Positions 27,096 through 36,439 of a stretch of 64,000 nucleotides of DNA are shown here, in pieces. The position numbers and the translations under genes were made by a program. Source of the DNA: Fidelibacterota bacterium (GTDB lineage: Bacteria; Fidelibacterota; UBA8477; JABMPR01); NCBI GenBank assembly GCA_021734325.1, contig JAIPJF010000001.1:88232-152231 (forward strand), written 5' to 3'. Below the pieces are notes generated by a model. That model ran no database searches and was not told the origin of the DNA. It was given only the letters and a program-made list of their open reading frames with translations. Positions within the stretch are counted from its first letter, which is position 1. Each line of letters starts with the position of its first letter.

Positions 27096-28760
27096 ATGAG
27101 AAATATAAATCGACGGGATTTTGTTAAAATGAGCGCTTTGGGAAGCATGGGGTTGGTAATGGGGTGTGGATCTGCTCGAAATTTCGATCTGATAATAAAG
27201 AATGGATTGATTCTGGATGGTCTCGGTGGTAACGGCCTGAGGTTTGACGTGGGTATTAGAGGAAATCAGATCATTGCCATGGGTGATCTTTCTAAGGTTA
27301 AGGCAAAAACCATCGTTGATGCCACAGGCAAGATCGTCTCTCCTGGGTTTATTGACATTCATACGCACACAGATATTGAGCTTTTGGTCAATGGAAAAGC
27401 GGAAAGTAAGATTCGCCAGGGGGTAACCACCGAGGTAGGCGGGAATTGCGGTGCCTCTCATTTTCCATTCACGACTGACCGAGCCAATGCCTTCCACCAG
27501 GAATTGGCTAAGGAATACGATCTTGATACGAATTGGCATGACCTTGACGGCTTCTTTACGACACTTGAAAAAAGTGGAACCGCCATCAATTACGCAACCC
27601 TGACCGGACAGGGTGATCTAAGGGCTTGCGTCGTCGGCCGAAATGATGTCCCGGCTGACACTAGTCAAATGAGGCAAATGCAGTCCCTTCTGGTTCAATC
27701 AGTGGAGCAGGGTAGCTTTGGACTTTCAACCGGGCTGGAATACGCACCTGGCAGCTATGCCAGTACTGAGGAATTGATCCAATTGACTTCCGTGCTATCA
27801 AAATATGAGGCGATCTATGCTACCCATATGCGGAATGAGGATGATCAAGTTGAGGAAGCCATCGAAGAAGCGCTTCGCATCGGACGTGAAGCAGGCGTTT
27901 TTACACAGATATCCCACCTGAAGGCCTGTAATAAAAATAATTGGCACAAAGTCGACCATATGCTCGAGATGATCAGCAGCGCTCAGGAGAATCAGGCCGT
28001 GCAAGCTGATCGGTATCCTTATGATGCCTGGGGTACAGGCTTGTCGGCATTTCTCCCCCTCTGGGCACGGCAAGGTGATACAGACGAAATATTAAATCGT
28101 CTTAATAACACAGCCGACTTGAAAAAGATCGAGGAATACACAAATGGTCGTGCCCAGCGGATCGGTGGGTGGGACAGAGTGATGATCAGTCGCACCAGCA
28201 ATGATGAGGACAAGGCCTGTGAAGGCAAGACCGTGTTGGCAGGGGCTGAAGAAAAGGGTTTGGCTCCTTTTGAATTCGTCCGCTCATTGCTCATTAATTC
28301 CCGAAACGGGGTCAGCGTGGTTGGTTTCGCGATGGATGAAGATAATTTAAAGAAAGTATTAAGTGCCGATTTTGTCATGATCGGTTCAGATGGCAATGCC
28401 ACTGCACCTTACGGCAAACTGGGAACAGGGAAACCCCATCCCCGTTATTATGGAACCTTTCCTCGTGTATTAGGGAAATATGTCCGAGAGGAAAACGTCC
28501 TTTCGCTGGCAGATGGGATCCGCAAAATGACCTCCATGCCAGCTCATTCACTTGGGATCAAGGATCGTGGAGTTCTGGCTGAGGGTAATAAAGCAGACAT
28601 TGTCATCTTTGATGCCAATCAGGTGATTGACAGAGCCACTTTTACTCAACCTCACAGCTATCCTGACGGAATTGAGACTGTCATCGTCAATGGGGTGATA
28701 ACGATCTCTCAGGGTGAGCACACTGGTGCAATGGCAGGGGAAATCGTCAGAAAAGCATAG
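27096..28760 (+). CDS. N-acyl-D-amino-acid deacylase (D-aminoacylase) family amidohydrolase, exported
   Basis: I chose the start MRNINRRDFVKMSALGSMGLVMGCGS, which has a twin-arginine motif and a lipobox-like Cys. The track start at 26994 overlaps corA. Contains GFIDIHTHTD (HxH metal site) and the family-typical C-terminus. Confidence 0.8.
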   Translation: MRNINRRDFVKMSALGSMGLVMGCGSARNFDLIIKNGLILDGLGGNGLRFDVGIRGNQIIAMGDLSKVKAKTIVDATGKIVSPGFIDIHTHTDIELLVNGKAESKIRQGVTTEVGGNCGASHFPFTTDRANAFHQELAKEYDLDTNWHDLDGFFTTLEKSGTAINYATLTGQGDLRACVVGRNDVPADTSQMRQMQSLLVQSVEQGSFGLSTGLEYAPGSYASTEELIQLTSVLSKYEAIYATHMRNEDDQVEEAIEEALRIGREAGVFTQISHLKACNKNNWHKVDHMLEMISSAQENQAVQADRYPYDAWGTGLSAFLPLWARQGDTDEILNRLNNTADLKKIEEYTNGRAQRIGGWDRVMISRTSNDEDKACEGKTVLAGAEEKGLAPFEFVRSLLINSRNGVSVVGFAMDEDNLKKVLSADFVMIGSDGNATAPYGKLGTGKPHPRYYGTFPRVLGKYVREENVLSLADGIRKMTSMPAHSLGIKDRGVLAEGNKADIVIFDANQVIDRATFTQPHSYPDGIETVIVNGVITISQGEHTGAMAGEIVRKA

Positions 28761-28793
28761 CGTTTATTTCGATTGGTGCTTCTGCTTTTTTGA

Positions 28794-29525
28794 TTAATGC
28801 TTATGGTAACCCGAATCTTTAAGGAGATGTTTTGATTTTCGGGCTCCATTCGCCAGAACATCGCAACGTTCATTTTCCTTATTCCCGGCATGTCCTTTCA
28901 CCCACTGAAATTGAACGGAATGGATTTCAAGCAGGTCTACAAGAATTATCCATAAGTCTATATTTTCAGCAAGTTGTCCATCTGATTTCTTCCACCCCTT
29001 TGTTCTCCAACGCTCTACCCAACCCTTGGTAATGGAATCAACCACATATTTTGAGTCTGTGTACAGGATGAGCTCAGAAGGTTCGTTCAGAGCCTGAAGG
29101 GCGGCAATACAGGCCATCAGTTCCATTCGATTGTTCGTCGTCAGCTGATATCCTGCAGACAGTTCCTTACGATAGCTCCCTTTTTCTAGGACGACTCCAT
29201 AGCCACCAACACCGGGATTGGGAGAGGCTCCCCCATCTGTATGAATGATGATTTGATTTTCTGATCGTCTGCTTGAATGCACAGTGCTGGAAGGAAAATC
29301 AGAGAGATGCGTTTTTATAATCTCGATCAGAGATTCATCAACGCTCTCTTTGGCTGACAGAACACATTCTCGGAGCCACTCTACAGCCTCGTCACGGTTG
29401 GAAAAGCTCTTGTATTTCGCTCCCTTGAATCCTGATACCTGTTTGTTCACATCTTCCCAGGCATTATAGATACCGGGCTGCTTCCCCTGGAATACTGCAT
29501 AGAATTTGTTTGCTTTAGCATTCAA
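28794..29525 (-). CDS. rnhA: Ribonuclease HI with an N-terminal hybrid-binding (HBD/Cauli_VI-like) domain
   Basis: The N-terminus is KFYAVFQGKQPGIYNAWEDVNKQVSGFKGAKYKSFSNRDEAVEWL. The RNase H core has DGGASPNPG, NNRMEL, YTDSKYV and GHAGNKENERCDVLA. Confidence 0.85.
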   Translation of the reverse strand: MNAKANKFYAVFQGKQPGIYNAWEDVNKQVSGFKGAKYKSFSNRDEAVEWLRECVLSAKESVDESLIEIIKTHLSDFPSSTVHSSRRSENQIIIHTDGGASPNPGVGGYGVVLEKGSYRKELSAGYQLTTNNRMELMACIAALQALNEPSELILYTDSKYVVDSITKGWVERWRTKGWKKSDGQLAENIDLWIILVDLLEIHSVQFQWVKGHAGNKENERCDVLANGARKSKHLLKDSGYHKH

Positions 29526-29761
29526 TGTTCAATCACCACTTGATTCAATTATTCATCGTTACGCTCAACCACTGAAATTTGAATAAAATCAACCTCGCTC
29601 CAAGCATAAAGAAATGCTCTCGGGTATTTATTAATTACGACCACAGAAATGCTAATTTTTTCATTTGGAATCAGTGACATTCGAACGCATCCTACGCGCG
29701 CTTTGTTAACTGCTTATTTTTGTGGTATTTCCAATAGTAAAATACCCCTGGAAGGATATAA

Positions 29762-31594
29762 ATGCGGAAAGAAAATTTTAGAAATATTGCCATCATTGCC
29801 CATGTTGATCATGGCAAGACAACGCTGGTGGATGGTATGCTCCGCCAAAGTGGTATTTTTCGAGACAATCAGGAATTGACCGATCGTGTCATGGACAACA
29901 TGGATCTTGAACGCGAGCGCGGGATCACCATCAGTGCTAAAAATACAGCCATCGCCTATCATGATGTGAAGATCAATATTATTGACACCCCTGGTCATGC
30001 TGATTTTGGAGGTGAAGTGGAACGGGGATTAAACCTGGTGGATGGGGCTATCCTCCTTGTGGATGCCAGTGAGGGACCTCTGCCACAAACGCGATTTGTA
30101 GTTAAGAAAGCACTTGAAAAGAATCTCCGTATGATTCTGGTTATCAATAAGATAGACCGTGCTGATTCCAGGATAGCTGAAGTGGTAGATGAGGTTTATG
30201 ATCTCTTCATCGATCTGGATGCTACAGAAGAGCAGATCGATTTTCCTATCCTTTATACAAATGCGAAAGAAGGTCATGCCCATTATGAATTTGATGACGG
30301 ATCCACAGATTTTCGCCCACTGTTTGATACTATTTTAAAAAGCATTCCGGGCCCAGAAGGCAGCGATGACCATGTTCCTCAATTTCTGATTGCCAATCTG
30401 GACTATGATGCCTATGTCGGTCAGATCGCCATCGGCCGGGTAAGAAATGGCATCCTGAAAATGAACACGAATTATCTGCTGGTCGGTGAGCATAAACACT
30501 CTCCCAACGTAAAGTTTTCTGCTCTTTACACCTTTGACGGACTCCGCAGACAACAGGTTGATCAGGTTGTCTCCGGTGATATCATCGCATTCGCTGGCAT
30601 AAGCGACATTACCATCGGTGACACCATCACTTCGGTTGAGAATCCTGAACCACTGCCGCGCATCAAGGTGGATGAGCCCACTGTTTCCATGATCTTTTAC
30701 GTAAACACCAGCCCTTTTGCCGGCCAGGATGGGAAATTTCTGACATCCCGACATATTTTGGCCCGCCTGGAAAAAGAAATGCGTCTCAATGTGTCCCTCC
30801 AGATCGAGCAAATAAAAGGCCGAGCTGACGCCTTCGAGGTGAAAGGTCGCGGAGAACTTCAGATGGCGATTCTCATAGAGACTATGCGTCGCGAGGGTTA
30901 TGAGTTCATGGTTTCCAAACCACGGGTCATTACCAAAGAGATTGATGGCAAGGTCAATGAGCCAGTTGAGAGGCTCTATCTTGACATCCCTGAAGAATTT
31001 GTTGGGGTCATGTCAGAGAAACTATCCGTTCGCAAGGGGCGAATGGTCAATATTACCAATCACGGCAGCGGCCGGGTAAATCTGGAATTCCGCATCCCTT
31101 CCCGTGGACTTATTGGATTCAGATCCACCTTTATGACAGATACCAAGGGGGCGGGTGTTATGAACACCATCATGGAGGGCTACGAACCCTGGTTCGGTTC
31201 CATCCCTCAACGCAACACAGGTGCCCTGGTTTCAGATCGTTCTGGGAAAGTGACTGCTTATGCCAGTCTTAGCATGGAAGACAGGGGTGAACTCCATTTA
31301 GAGGTGACCACGCCTGTTTATGGCGGTATGGTGATCGGGGAGCGGAATCGTCCAGGCGATCTGGATGTGAATATCACCCGTGAAAAAAAGCTCACCAATA
31401 TGCGCAGCGCCAACGCTGATGCCACGGTCACACTCAGAAAGCCACGCCTACTGACACTGGATCAAGCAATTGAATTCATTTCAGAAAATGAACTAGTCGA
31501 AATCACTCCGGAAAATATAAGAATTCGGAAAATGGAACTTGATCCCAATAAACGCTTATCGCTCATGCGAAAAGAGAAACGTCTGGACGATTAA
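29762..31594 (+). CDS. typA: Translational GTPase TypA/BipA
   Basis: AIIAHVDHGKTTLVD, DTPGHADFGGEV, NKID. 610 aa. Confidence 0.95.
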   Translation: MRKENFRNIAIIAHVDHGKTTLVDGMLRQSGIFRDNQELTDRVMDNMDLERERGITISAKNTAIAYHDVKINIIDTPGHADFGGEVERGLNLVDGAILLVDASEGPLPQTRFVVKKALEKNLRMILVINKIDRADSRIAEVVDEVYDLFIDLDATEEQIDFPILYTNAKEGHAHYEFDDGSTDFRPLFDTILKSIPGPEGSDDHVPQFLIANLDYDAYVGQIAIGRVRNGILKMNTNYLLVGEHKHSPNVKFSALYTFDGLRRQQVDQVVSGDIIAFAGISDITIGDTITSVENPEPLPRIKVDEPTVSMIFYVNTSPFAGQDGKFLTSRHILARLEKEMRLNVSLQIEQIKGRADAFEVKGRGELQMAILIETMRREGYEFMVSKPRVITKEIDGKVNEPVERLYLDIPEEFVGVMSEKLSVRKGRMVNITNHGSGRVNLEFRIPSRGLIGFRSTFMTDTKGAGVMNTIMEGYEPWFGSIPQRNTGALVSDRSGKVTAYASLSMEDRGELHLEVTTPVYGGMVIGERNRPGDLDVNITREKKLTNMRSANADATVTLRKPRLLTLDQAIEFISENELVEITPENIRIRKMELDPNKRLSLMRKEKRLDD

Positions 31595-32737
31595 ATGGAT
31601 TTCCAATATCAGAGGACCAATACCTATTTCGCGCAGGTTGCCAACGGACTGGAAGAGCTTGCAATTACTGAGATCGAAGATCTGGATGCCCGTGATGTAA
31701 GTCAGCGTTACCGCGGTCTGTATTTTACGGCGGATCCGGCAACCCTTTACAGAATTAACTACGGTTCGCGGCTCCTTACACGCGTTCTGGCACCTATCCT
31801 CTCATTTGATTGTCACAGTACCAAGTACCTGTATAAGACTGCCATGGAGATTCCGTGGGAAGATATATTCAATCCTGACCAGACCTTTGCCATATTTGCT
31901 CAGGTCAGCAATAGTCAGATTTCCCATTCCCAATATGCTTCTCTCAAACTCAAGGATGCCATCGTTGACCGGTTCAGAGATAAATATCAGCGAAGACCTG
32001 ATGTTGATCCGAAATTTCCCTATATCTGGTTTAACCTGCATATTGAGAATAATAGGGCCATCATCAGCATAGACACCAGTGGAAGTTCACTCCATCGACG
32101 TGGCTACCGTCTGGATACGGTGGAAGCTCCCATACAAGAAACCCTGGCTGCGGGAATAGTCAAACTTTCAGGATGGACAGGTGATCGGATCCTCATGGAT
32201 CCCATGTGTGGCAGTGGTACCATCCCGGCAGAAGCTTATATGGCTTATACCAATCTTCCTTCTGGATACTTTAGGAAGTCTTTCGGATTTGAGAGACTGC
32301 CAAACTACGATCCTGCACTCTGGAAACGGGTGCGCAAATCCATGGATGGCAACTTTAAACATCTCGACACCGTACCTATCCAGGCGTCTGATGTAGATCC
32401 CAGTGCTCTGCGAGTAGCCAAACGGAATCTGGGGCATCTCCCTGGTGGTGAGGGTATCTATTCACATCGCAAAGACTATCAGGAGGTCGAGATCACCGAA
32501 GGGGCGACCATTATCATGAACCCACCCTACGGCATCCGAATGAGGCAAGATGAGGATCTTTCTGAATTTTATAAAGCTGTTGGAGATTGGCTCAAACAAA
32601 AATGTTTGGGGAGTGAAGCCTACATTTACTTTGGCGATCGCAAATACCTGAAGAGCATCGGTCTGCGTCCAGAATGGAAGAAGCCCCTCATGAATGGCGG
32701 ACTGGATGGGCGTCTGGCAAAATTTGTAATGTATTAG
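31595..32737 (+). CDS. THUMP-domain class I SAM-dependent RNA methyltransferase (RlmL/COG0116-like)
   Basis: N-terminal THUMP-like region, DPMCGSGT (SAM motif I) and NPPYG (motif IV). It starts immediately after the typA stop (TAAATG). Confidence 0.75.
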   Translation: MDFQYQRTNTYFAQVANGLEELAITEIEDLDARDVSQRYRGLYFTADPATLYRINYGSRLLTRVLAPILSFDCHSTKYLYKTAMEIPWEDIFNPDQTFAIFAQVSNSQISHSQYASLKLKDAIVDRFRDKYQRRPDVDPKFPYIWFNLHIENNRAIISIDTSGSSLHRRGYRLDTVEAPIQETLAAGIVKLSGWTGDRILMDPMCGSGTIPAEAYMAYTNLPSGYFRKSFGFERLPNYDPALWKRVRKSMDGNFKHLDTVPIQASDVDPSALRVAKRNLGHLPGGEGIYSHRKDYQEVEITEGATIIMNPPYGIRMRQDEDLSEFYKAVGDWLKQKCLGSEAYIYFGDRKYLKSIGLRPEWKKPLMNGGLDGRLAKFVMY

Positions 32738-32801
32738 GTAGATTCGCGATGCATTGCGGACCTACAATCCCAACAATTAATACACCCATTCAACAATTAA
32801 A

Positions 32802-32830
32802 TTGACAAATGCCTGGAATCGGGATAACCT
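32802..32830 (+). promoter_or_regulatory. Candidate sigma-70-type promoter for the riboswitch-btuB transcript
   Basis: TTGACA-N17-TAACCT, located 10-15 nt before the riboswitch. Confidence 0.35.
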
Positions 32831-32839
32831 AACAGCGAT

Positions 32840-32985
32840 TTTTGTTAACAGATCTTAGCACAAGGAAGCTCGTGAAATTCGAGCACAGTCGCGCTACTGT
32901 GACCGGTGACAATGCTGACATAAGCCACTTCAATTGAGGGAAGGCGTCAGCGGCGGAAGAACCGGAAGTCAGGATACTTTGCCTT
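32840..32985 (+). promoter_or_regulatory. Cobalamin (B12) riboswitch
   Basis: Conserved core AAGGAAGCUCGUGAAAUUCGAGCACAGUCGCGCUACUGUGA (compare consensus GGGAA..GGUGAAAAUCC..C.G.CCCGC.ACUGU). Also GCCACU...GGGAAGGC, and a B12 box GAAGUCAGGAUACUUUGCC. It lies directly upstream of a TonB-dependent receptor. Confidence 0.85.
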
Positions 32986-33025
32986 GATCTACTCTCCATT
33001 AACCTTCGCGAGTAAAGGGAACGGA

Positions 33026-35143
33026 ATGATGCACCTGAGAACCAGGACCCATTCACCAAGCAGCCCCAACTTATGTAGGGGCTTTTTTTTGGTCCTCGGT
33101 GTCCTCGTTTTCTGCATTCCCAACATTCTTGCATCGACCAACAATTCATTAAATCCTGTCATTCAGGGGGTTACGATCGATACCCAGGGCCAAATCGTCC
33201 CCTATGTTTCTCTTGAATTCATCAAGTCGGATATTTCTATCCTCTCAGACATAGATGGCTATTTTGCATATAATGCCCCTCTCATTATTGAGGATTCCAT
33301 TCTCGTTAGAAGAATCGGCTTTGAATCACACCTGCTTTCCGTCAAACAACTATTCTCCAATTCTACCATTATCCTGAAGTCTACCGTACTCTCTATGGAA
33401 GCTGTGGAAATCCAGGGGTTGGCAGGATCCAGTTCTACAGCCCTCCCCCGCATGGGCAATTATACAAAAACTGAAGGATCCGGAAGCATGGATCACAGCA
33501 AATTGCTGGGTCGAATTCCTGGATTTTCCATAAAGGCCTATGGTGGACCCGCAGGTATCAGCACCTTAAGCATAGATGGTGGCCCCAGTTCACATACGAA
33601 AGTGCTGGTGGATGGTATTGATATAACCTCAGCCCAAAACGGAGAAGCAGATCTTTCCCAGATCCCACTCCCCCTGGTGGAGAGTATGAGCTATATCCCC
33701 TTCGACATTGGTCAAAGCAGCAGTGGTGCAACAGATGGAATCATCAAACTGGTAAGTGGGGGTGAACAGAATCATTTGGCAATCAGCCATGGCAGTTATG
33801 GGCATGTCGCCTATGACCTGAATCTGGGAGAACGCATATTCGGCCTGTGGACTGCCCTCCAATTTGGTCACCGCAGTGAGGCCGGAAATTTTCCCGTCCT
33901 CTGGGATGATCAGGAGATCACCAGACAGAATAATGATCTTGAACAGGATTTCGCGGCTTTCCGAATCCAGGGGATGCTTCGCTCCAATATCGTCTTACAC
34001 TTCTCAGCAATGGAATCCAGACAATCCAGAGGTGTCGCGGGTCTGGTCTGGTCCCCTGACCTGTCTTCGCATCGTGATGATAAATTACAGCTTATGGGCT
34101 CAACAATCGCCTGGCTGAGGACCAAGGGACATTCAAATCTCCAGATTTCCTTAAGAAGATCAAAAGAGAACTACAAAAATCCCACCATCAACATCGAGAG
34201 TGACCATGATCTTGAAAGCTATGCCATCGAATTCAACAATCAGCAAATACACGGAAAACCCCTGTCGACTGTTACCAATTTCAGAATGAGTCGTGACAGG
34301 ATCACAAGTAGTGAGATGCAGGAGCACACTCGTCAAAGTTATATTTCCTCTGTTACGCCCATCCTTCATATGTATCATGGAATCAAATTCATTCCAGGTA
34401 TAAAATTGCACTATAGTCCCCATTTGTATAAACGAATCCTGACAGATGTGCAGATTCAGATTCCACTCAGGCTCGGACCTCTCTCCGAATTATCTGCCAG
34501 TCGAGGGGAAGTTTACCGCTATCCCAGCTTTAATGATCAATACTGGGAACCCGGTGGGAACCCAGATCTTGAACCCGAACAAACAATTGTTACCACAGCC
34601 CAGGTCAAGGTCAATTTTATAGAACTCGGTGAACTCATACTCCAATGGCAGCAAAAAGAAAGTTCGAACCTCATTCAATGGATGCCAGTCCATTCCTATT
34701 GGCAACCAGGGAATATCCTGTCAGCAGCACGCAGAAGCGCCAAGGCGATGTGGACCTTTGAGTTCATCAAACCGCATTTAACTGGATTTGCCTGCTACAG
34801 CCTGATCTCGACTATTGATCAAAATCTGAATAAGCCCCTGCGATACGCTCCGAATCAGACTTCGGCAATAGGGCTAACCTGGAATCCAGCCCCATTTGAG
34901 CTGAATGCTCAGTATAATTACGTCTCAGATAGGGTGAGCAGCTATGATTACCCCGAGGATACCGTATTAAAAGCCACAAACCTGTGGTCTATGAGTGCTG
35001 CATACACCTGGAAATTGAGAACCAACCCTATCACCCTCATCCTCACGGCAGATAATCTGCTGGATAGTAATTATGAAACCATCAGAGGCTATCCTGAACC
35101 GGGACGCACACTGAGACTAAATGCCCGCTATAGCTGGCAATGA
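33026..35143 (+). CDS. btuB: TonB-dependent receptor, putative cobalamin receptor, with an N-terminal CarboxypepD_reg-like domain
   Basis: Start chosen at the ATG at 33026 (RBS AAAGGGA). Signal peptide, then a CarboxypepD_reg-like stretch (VIQGVTIDTQGQIVPYVSLEF...SDIDGYFAY). Plug domain (LLGRIPGFSIKAYGGPAGISTLSIDGG...VLVDGIDI) and a 22-strand-size barrel. The riboswitch context supports B12 specificity. Confidence 0.75.
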   Translation: MMHLRTRTHSPSSPNLCRGFFLVLGVLVFCIPNILASTNNSLNPVIQGVTIDTQGQIVPYVSLEFIKSDISILSDIDGYFAYNAPLIIEDSILVRRIGFESHLLSVKQLFSNSTIILKSTVLSMEAVEIQGLAGSSSTALPRMGNYTKTEGSGSMDHSKLLGRIPGFSIKAYGGPAGISTLSIDGGPSSHTKVLVDGIDITSAQNGEADLSQIPLPLVESMSYIPFDIGQSSSGATDGIIKLVSGGEQNHLAISHGSYGHVAYDLNLGERIFGLWTALQFGHRSEAGNFPVLWDDQEITRQNNDLEQDFAAFRIQGMLRSNIVLHFSAMESRQSRGVAGLVWSPDLSSHRDDKLQLMGSTIAWLRTKGHSNLQISLRRSKENYKNPTINIESDHDLESYAIEFNNQQIHGKPLSTVTNFRMSRDRITSSEMQEHTRQSYISSVTPILHMYHGIKFIPGIKLHYSPHLYKRILTDVQIQIPLRLGPLSELSASRGEVYRYPSFNDQYWEPGGNPDLEPEQTIVTTAQVKVNFIELGELILQWQQKESSNLIQWMPVHSYWQPGNILSAARRSAKAMWTFEFIKPHLTGFACYSLISTIDQNLNKPLRYAPNQTSAIGLTWNPAPFELNAQYNYVSDRVSSYDYPEDTVLKATNLWSMSAAYTWKLRTNPITLILTADNLLDSNYETIRGYPEPGRTLRLNARYSWQ

Positions 35144-35163
35144 ATCAATGAAAGGAAATTAAA

Positions 35164-36228
35164 TTGAAATCTGCTCCCATGACAAGGACCACGTCCCTAC
35201 TCCTTCCCCTACTTGTGATCTTATTCTTTCAAAGATGTGAATCTCCAGAGCCGGAAATAAAGGATGATCCCAATCTCAGAAAAGCTGAATATTATATCCT
35301 CTGTGAAGGTTCGTTTACCCAGGCAAATGCATCGTTCTGGTCTGTAGATGAAACTCTTGATACTGTCAGGGGACCACTTTTTTGGGATACCGAAGTGAAC
35401 CCCCTGGGTGATGTTGGGCAGTCTATGGCCTTAAACGGCCACACCCTATATCTGATCATGAATAACTCCCATGAAATCCGGGTTCTGGACCTGGAGAACG
35501 GTCTTGATCATATAGCGGATATCGATGTAGCCAGCCCACGCTATATGGCAATTCAGGCATCACAAAACCGGGGGTTTGTCAGCAGCTGGAATTTGGGTGC
35601 CCTCTTGGTCGTGGATCTCCTCAATAATACAGTGACTGATACTGTATTACTCAACGGCTTACCTGAGGAAGTACTGATCAAAGATGACCAGCTTTTTGTT
35701 GCAATGAACATGTACAGAGATTGGAGTGCCAATAATCAGATCCTTGAACTGAATATCAGCGAAACACTTCCCTCTATAACCCGCGGCTATACTGTATTGG
35801 ATGGCCCCTCTTCCATGGTCATCTCTGACGATATGTTATTCGTGACATCAATTGCGTATGACACCGACTGGGTGGCTGTGACCGGAACCTCCCGGATAGA
35901 TCTACTGACTGGCGCAGTCATTTCTGCAAGTCATGGAACCTACCTGAACTATTCAGCAGATATGGATATTCTTAATGGCGTCCCATATCGTATCTTCGGA
36001 AAGTCGATCGTCCCCCTAAATGAAGACCTAAGTCTTGATCTGGCTGGCAGCATTGCCAATTTGGAGGGGATATACTCATTTTCTATTCAAAATGAAAAAC
36101 TGGTCATTGGAACGAGTGATTATTCTGCACCTGATCCTGTCTACTTTTATTCAGCAAGCGGGGACAGTCTCGGAAGCATAGATGTTGCGGGATATCCTGG
36201 CGATGTGATCTTTTATGAGCCGCTATAA
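35164..36228 (+). CDS. Beta-propeller lipoprotein, YncE/DUF5074-like (BtuG-like by context)
   Basis: TTG start 9 nt after AAAGGA. A signal peptide ends ..LFFQRC and is followed by the acidic stretch ESPEPEIKDD. YILCEGSFTQANASFWSVD...NPLGDVGQSM...LYLIMNNSHEIRVLD resembles the repeated propeller blades of this family (from memory). It lies immediately downstream of btuB. Confidence 0.5.
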   Translation: MKSAPMTRTTSLLLPLLVILFFQRCESPEPEIKDDPNLRKAEYYILCEGSFTQANASFWSVDETLDTVRGPLFWDTEVNPLGDVGQSMALNGHTLYLIMNNSHEIRVLDLENGLDHIADIDVASPRYMAIQASQNRGFVSSWNLGALLVVDLLNNTVTDTVLLNGLPEEVLIKDDQLFVAMNMYRDWSANNQILELNISETLPSITRGYTVLDGPSSMVISDDMLFVTSIAYDTDWVAVTGTSRIDLLTGAVISASHGTYLNYSADMDILNGVPYRIFGKSIVPLNEDLSLDLAGSIANLEGIYSFSIQNEKLVIGTSDYSAPDPVYFYSASGDSLGSIDVAGYPGDVIFYEPL

Positions 36229-36439
36229 AGGTAGTCTGATAAATACATTTTACCGAATTAGTGGGACGTGTAAAGTTCACCAATTACAAATTCCCTTGTG
36301 TCAACCCTCTCACTAAATCACCGGGAGGGTTGACTGCAAATCCTCATCTTTTACCAATTTTTTCCTTTCTCTCCCTCCTGTTAGCTTTAAAATAAGACCA
36401 CATTATTCTGCTACGTGTCCAATACAGAAGGGTATTCAT

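Noticed and set aside
32984-33025. TTG start for btuB as given in the track
   Set aside because: It would start inside or just after the riboswitch B12 box. The ATG at 33026 has an RBS (AAAGGGA) and gives a normal signal peptide.
32829-33149. 106-aa minus-strand ORF in the track
   Set aside because: It overlaps the cobalamin riboswitch and the start of the TonB receptor on the opposite strand. Its sequence is Cys/Ser/Arg-rich with no motifs.
36229-36439. Possible glycine riboswitch upstream of the Na+:alanine/glycine symporter
   Set aside because: Only a 10-bp hairpin is present (GTCAACCCTC...GAGGGTTGAC, 36300-36334). The conserved GGAGAG / CACCGAAGGGGCAA / CTCAGGCAAAAGGAC elements of the glycine aptamer are absent. 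The hairpin is more likely a weak terminator for the upstream gene.
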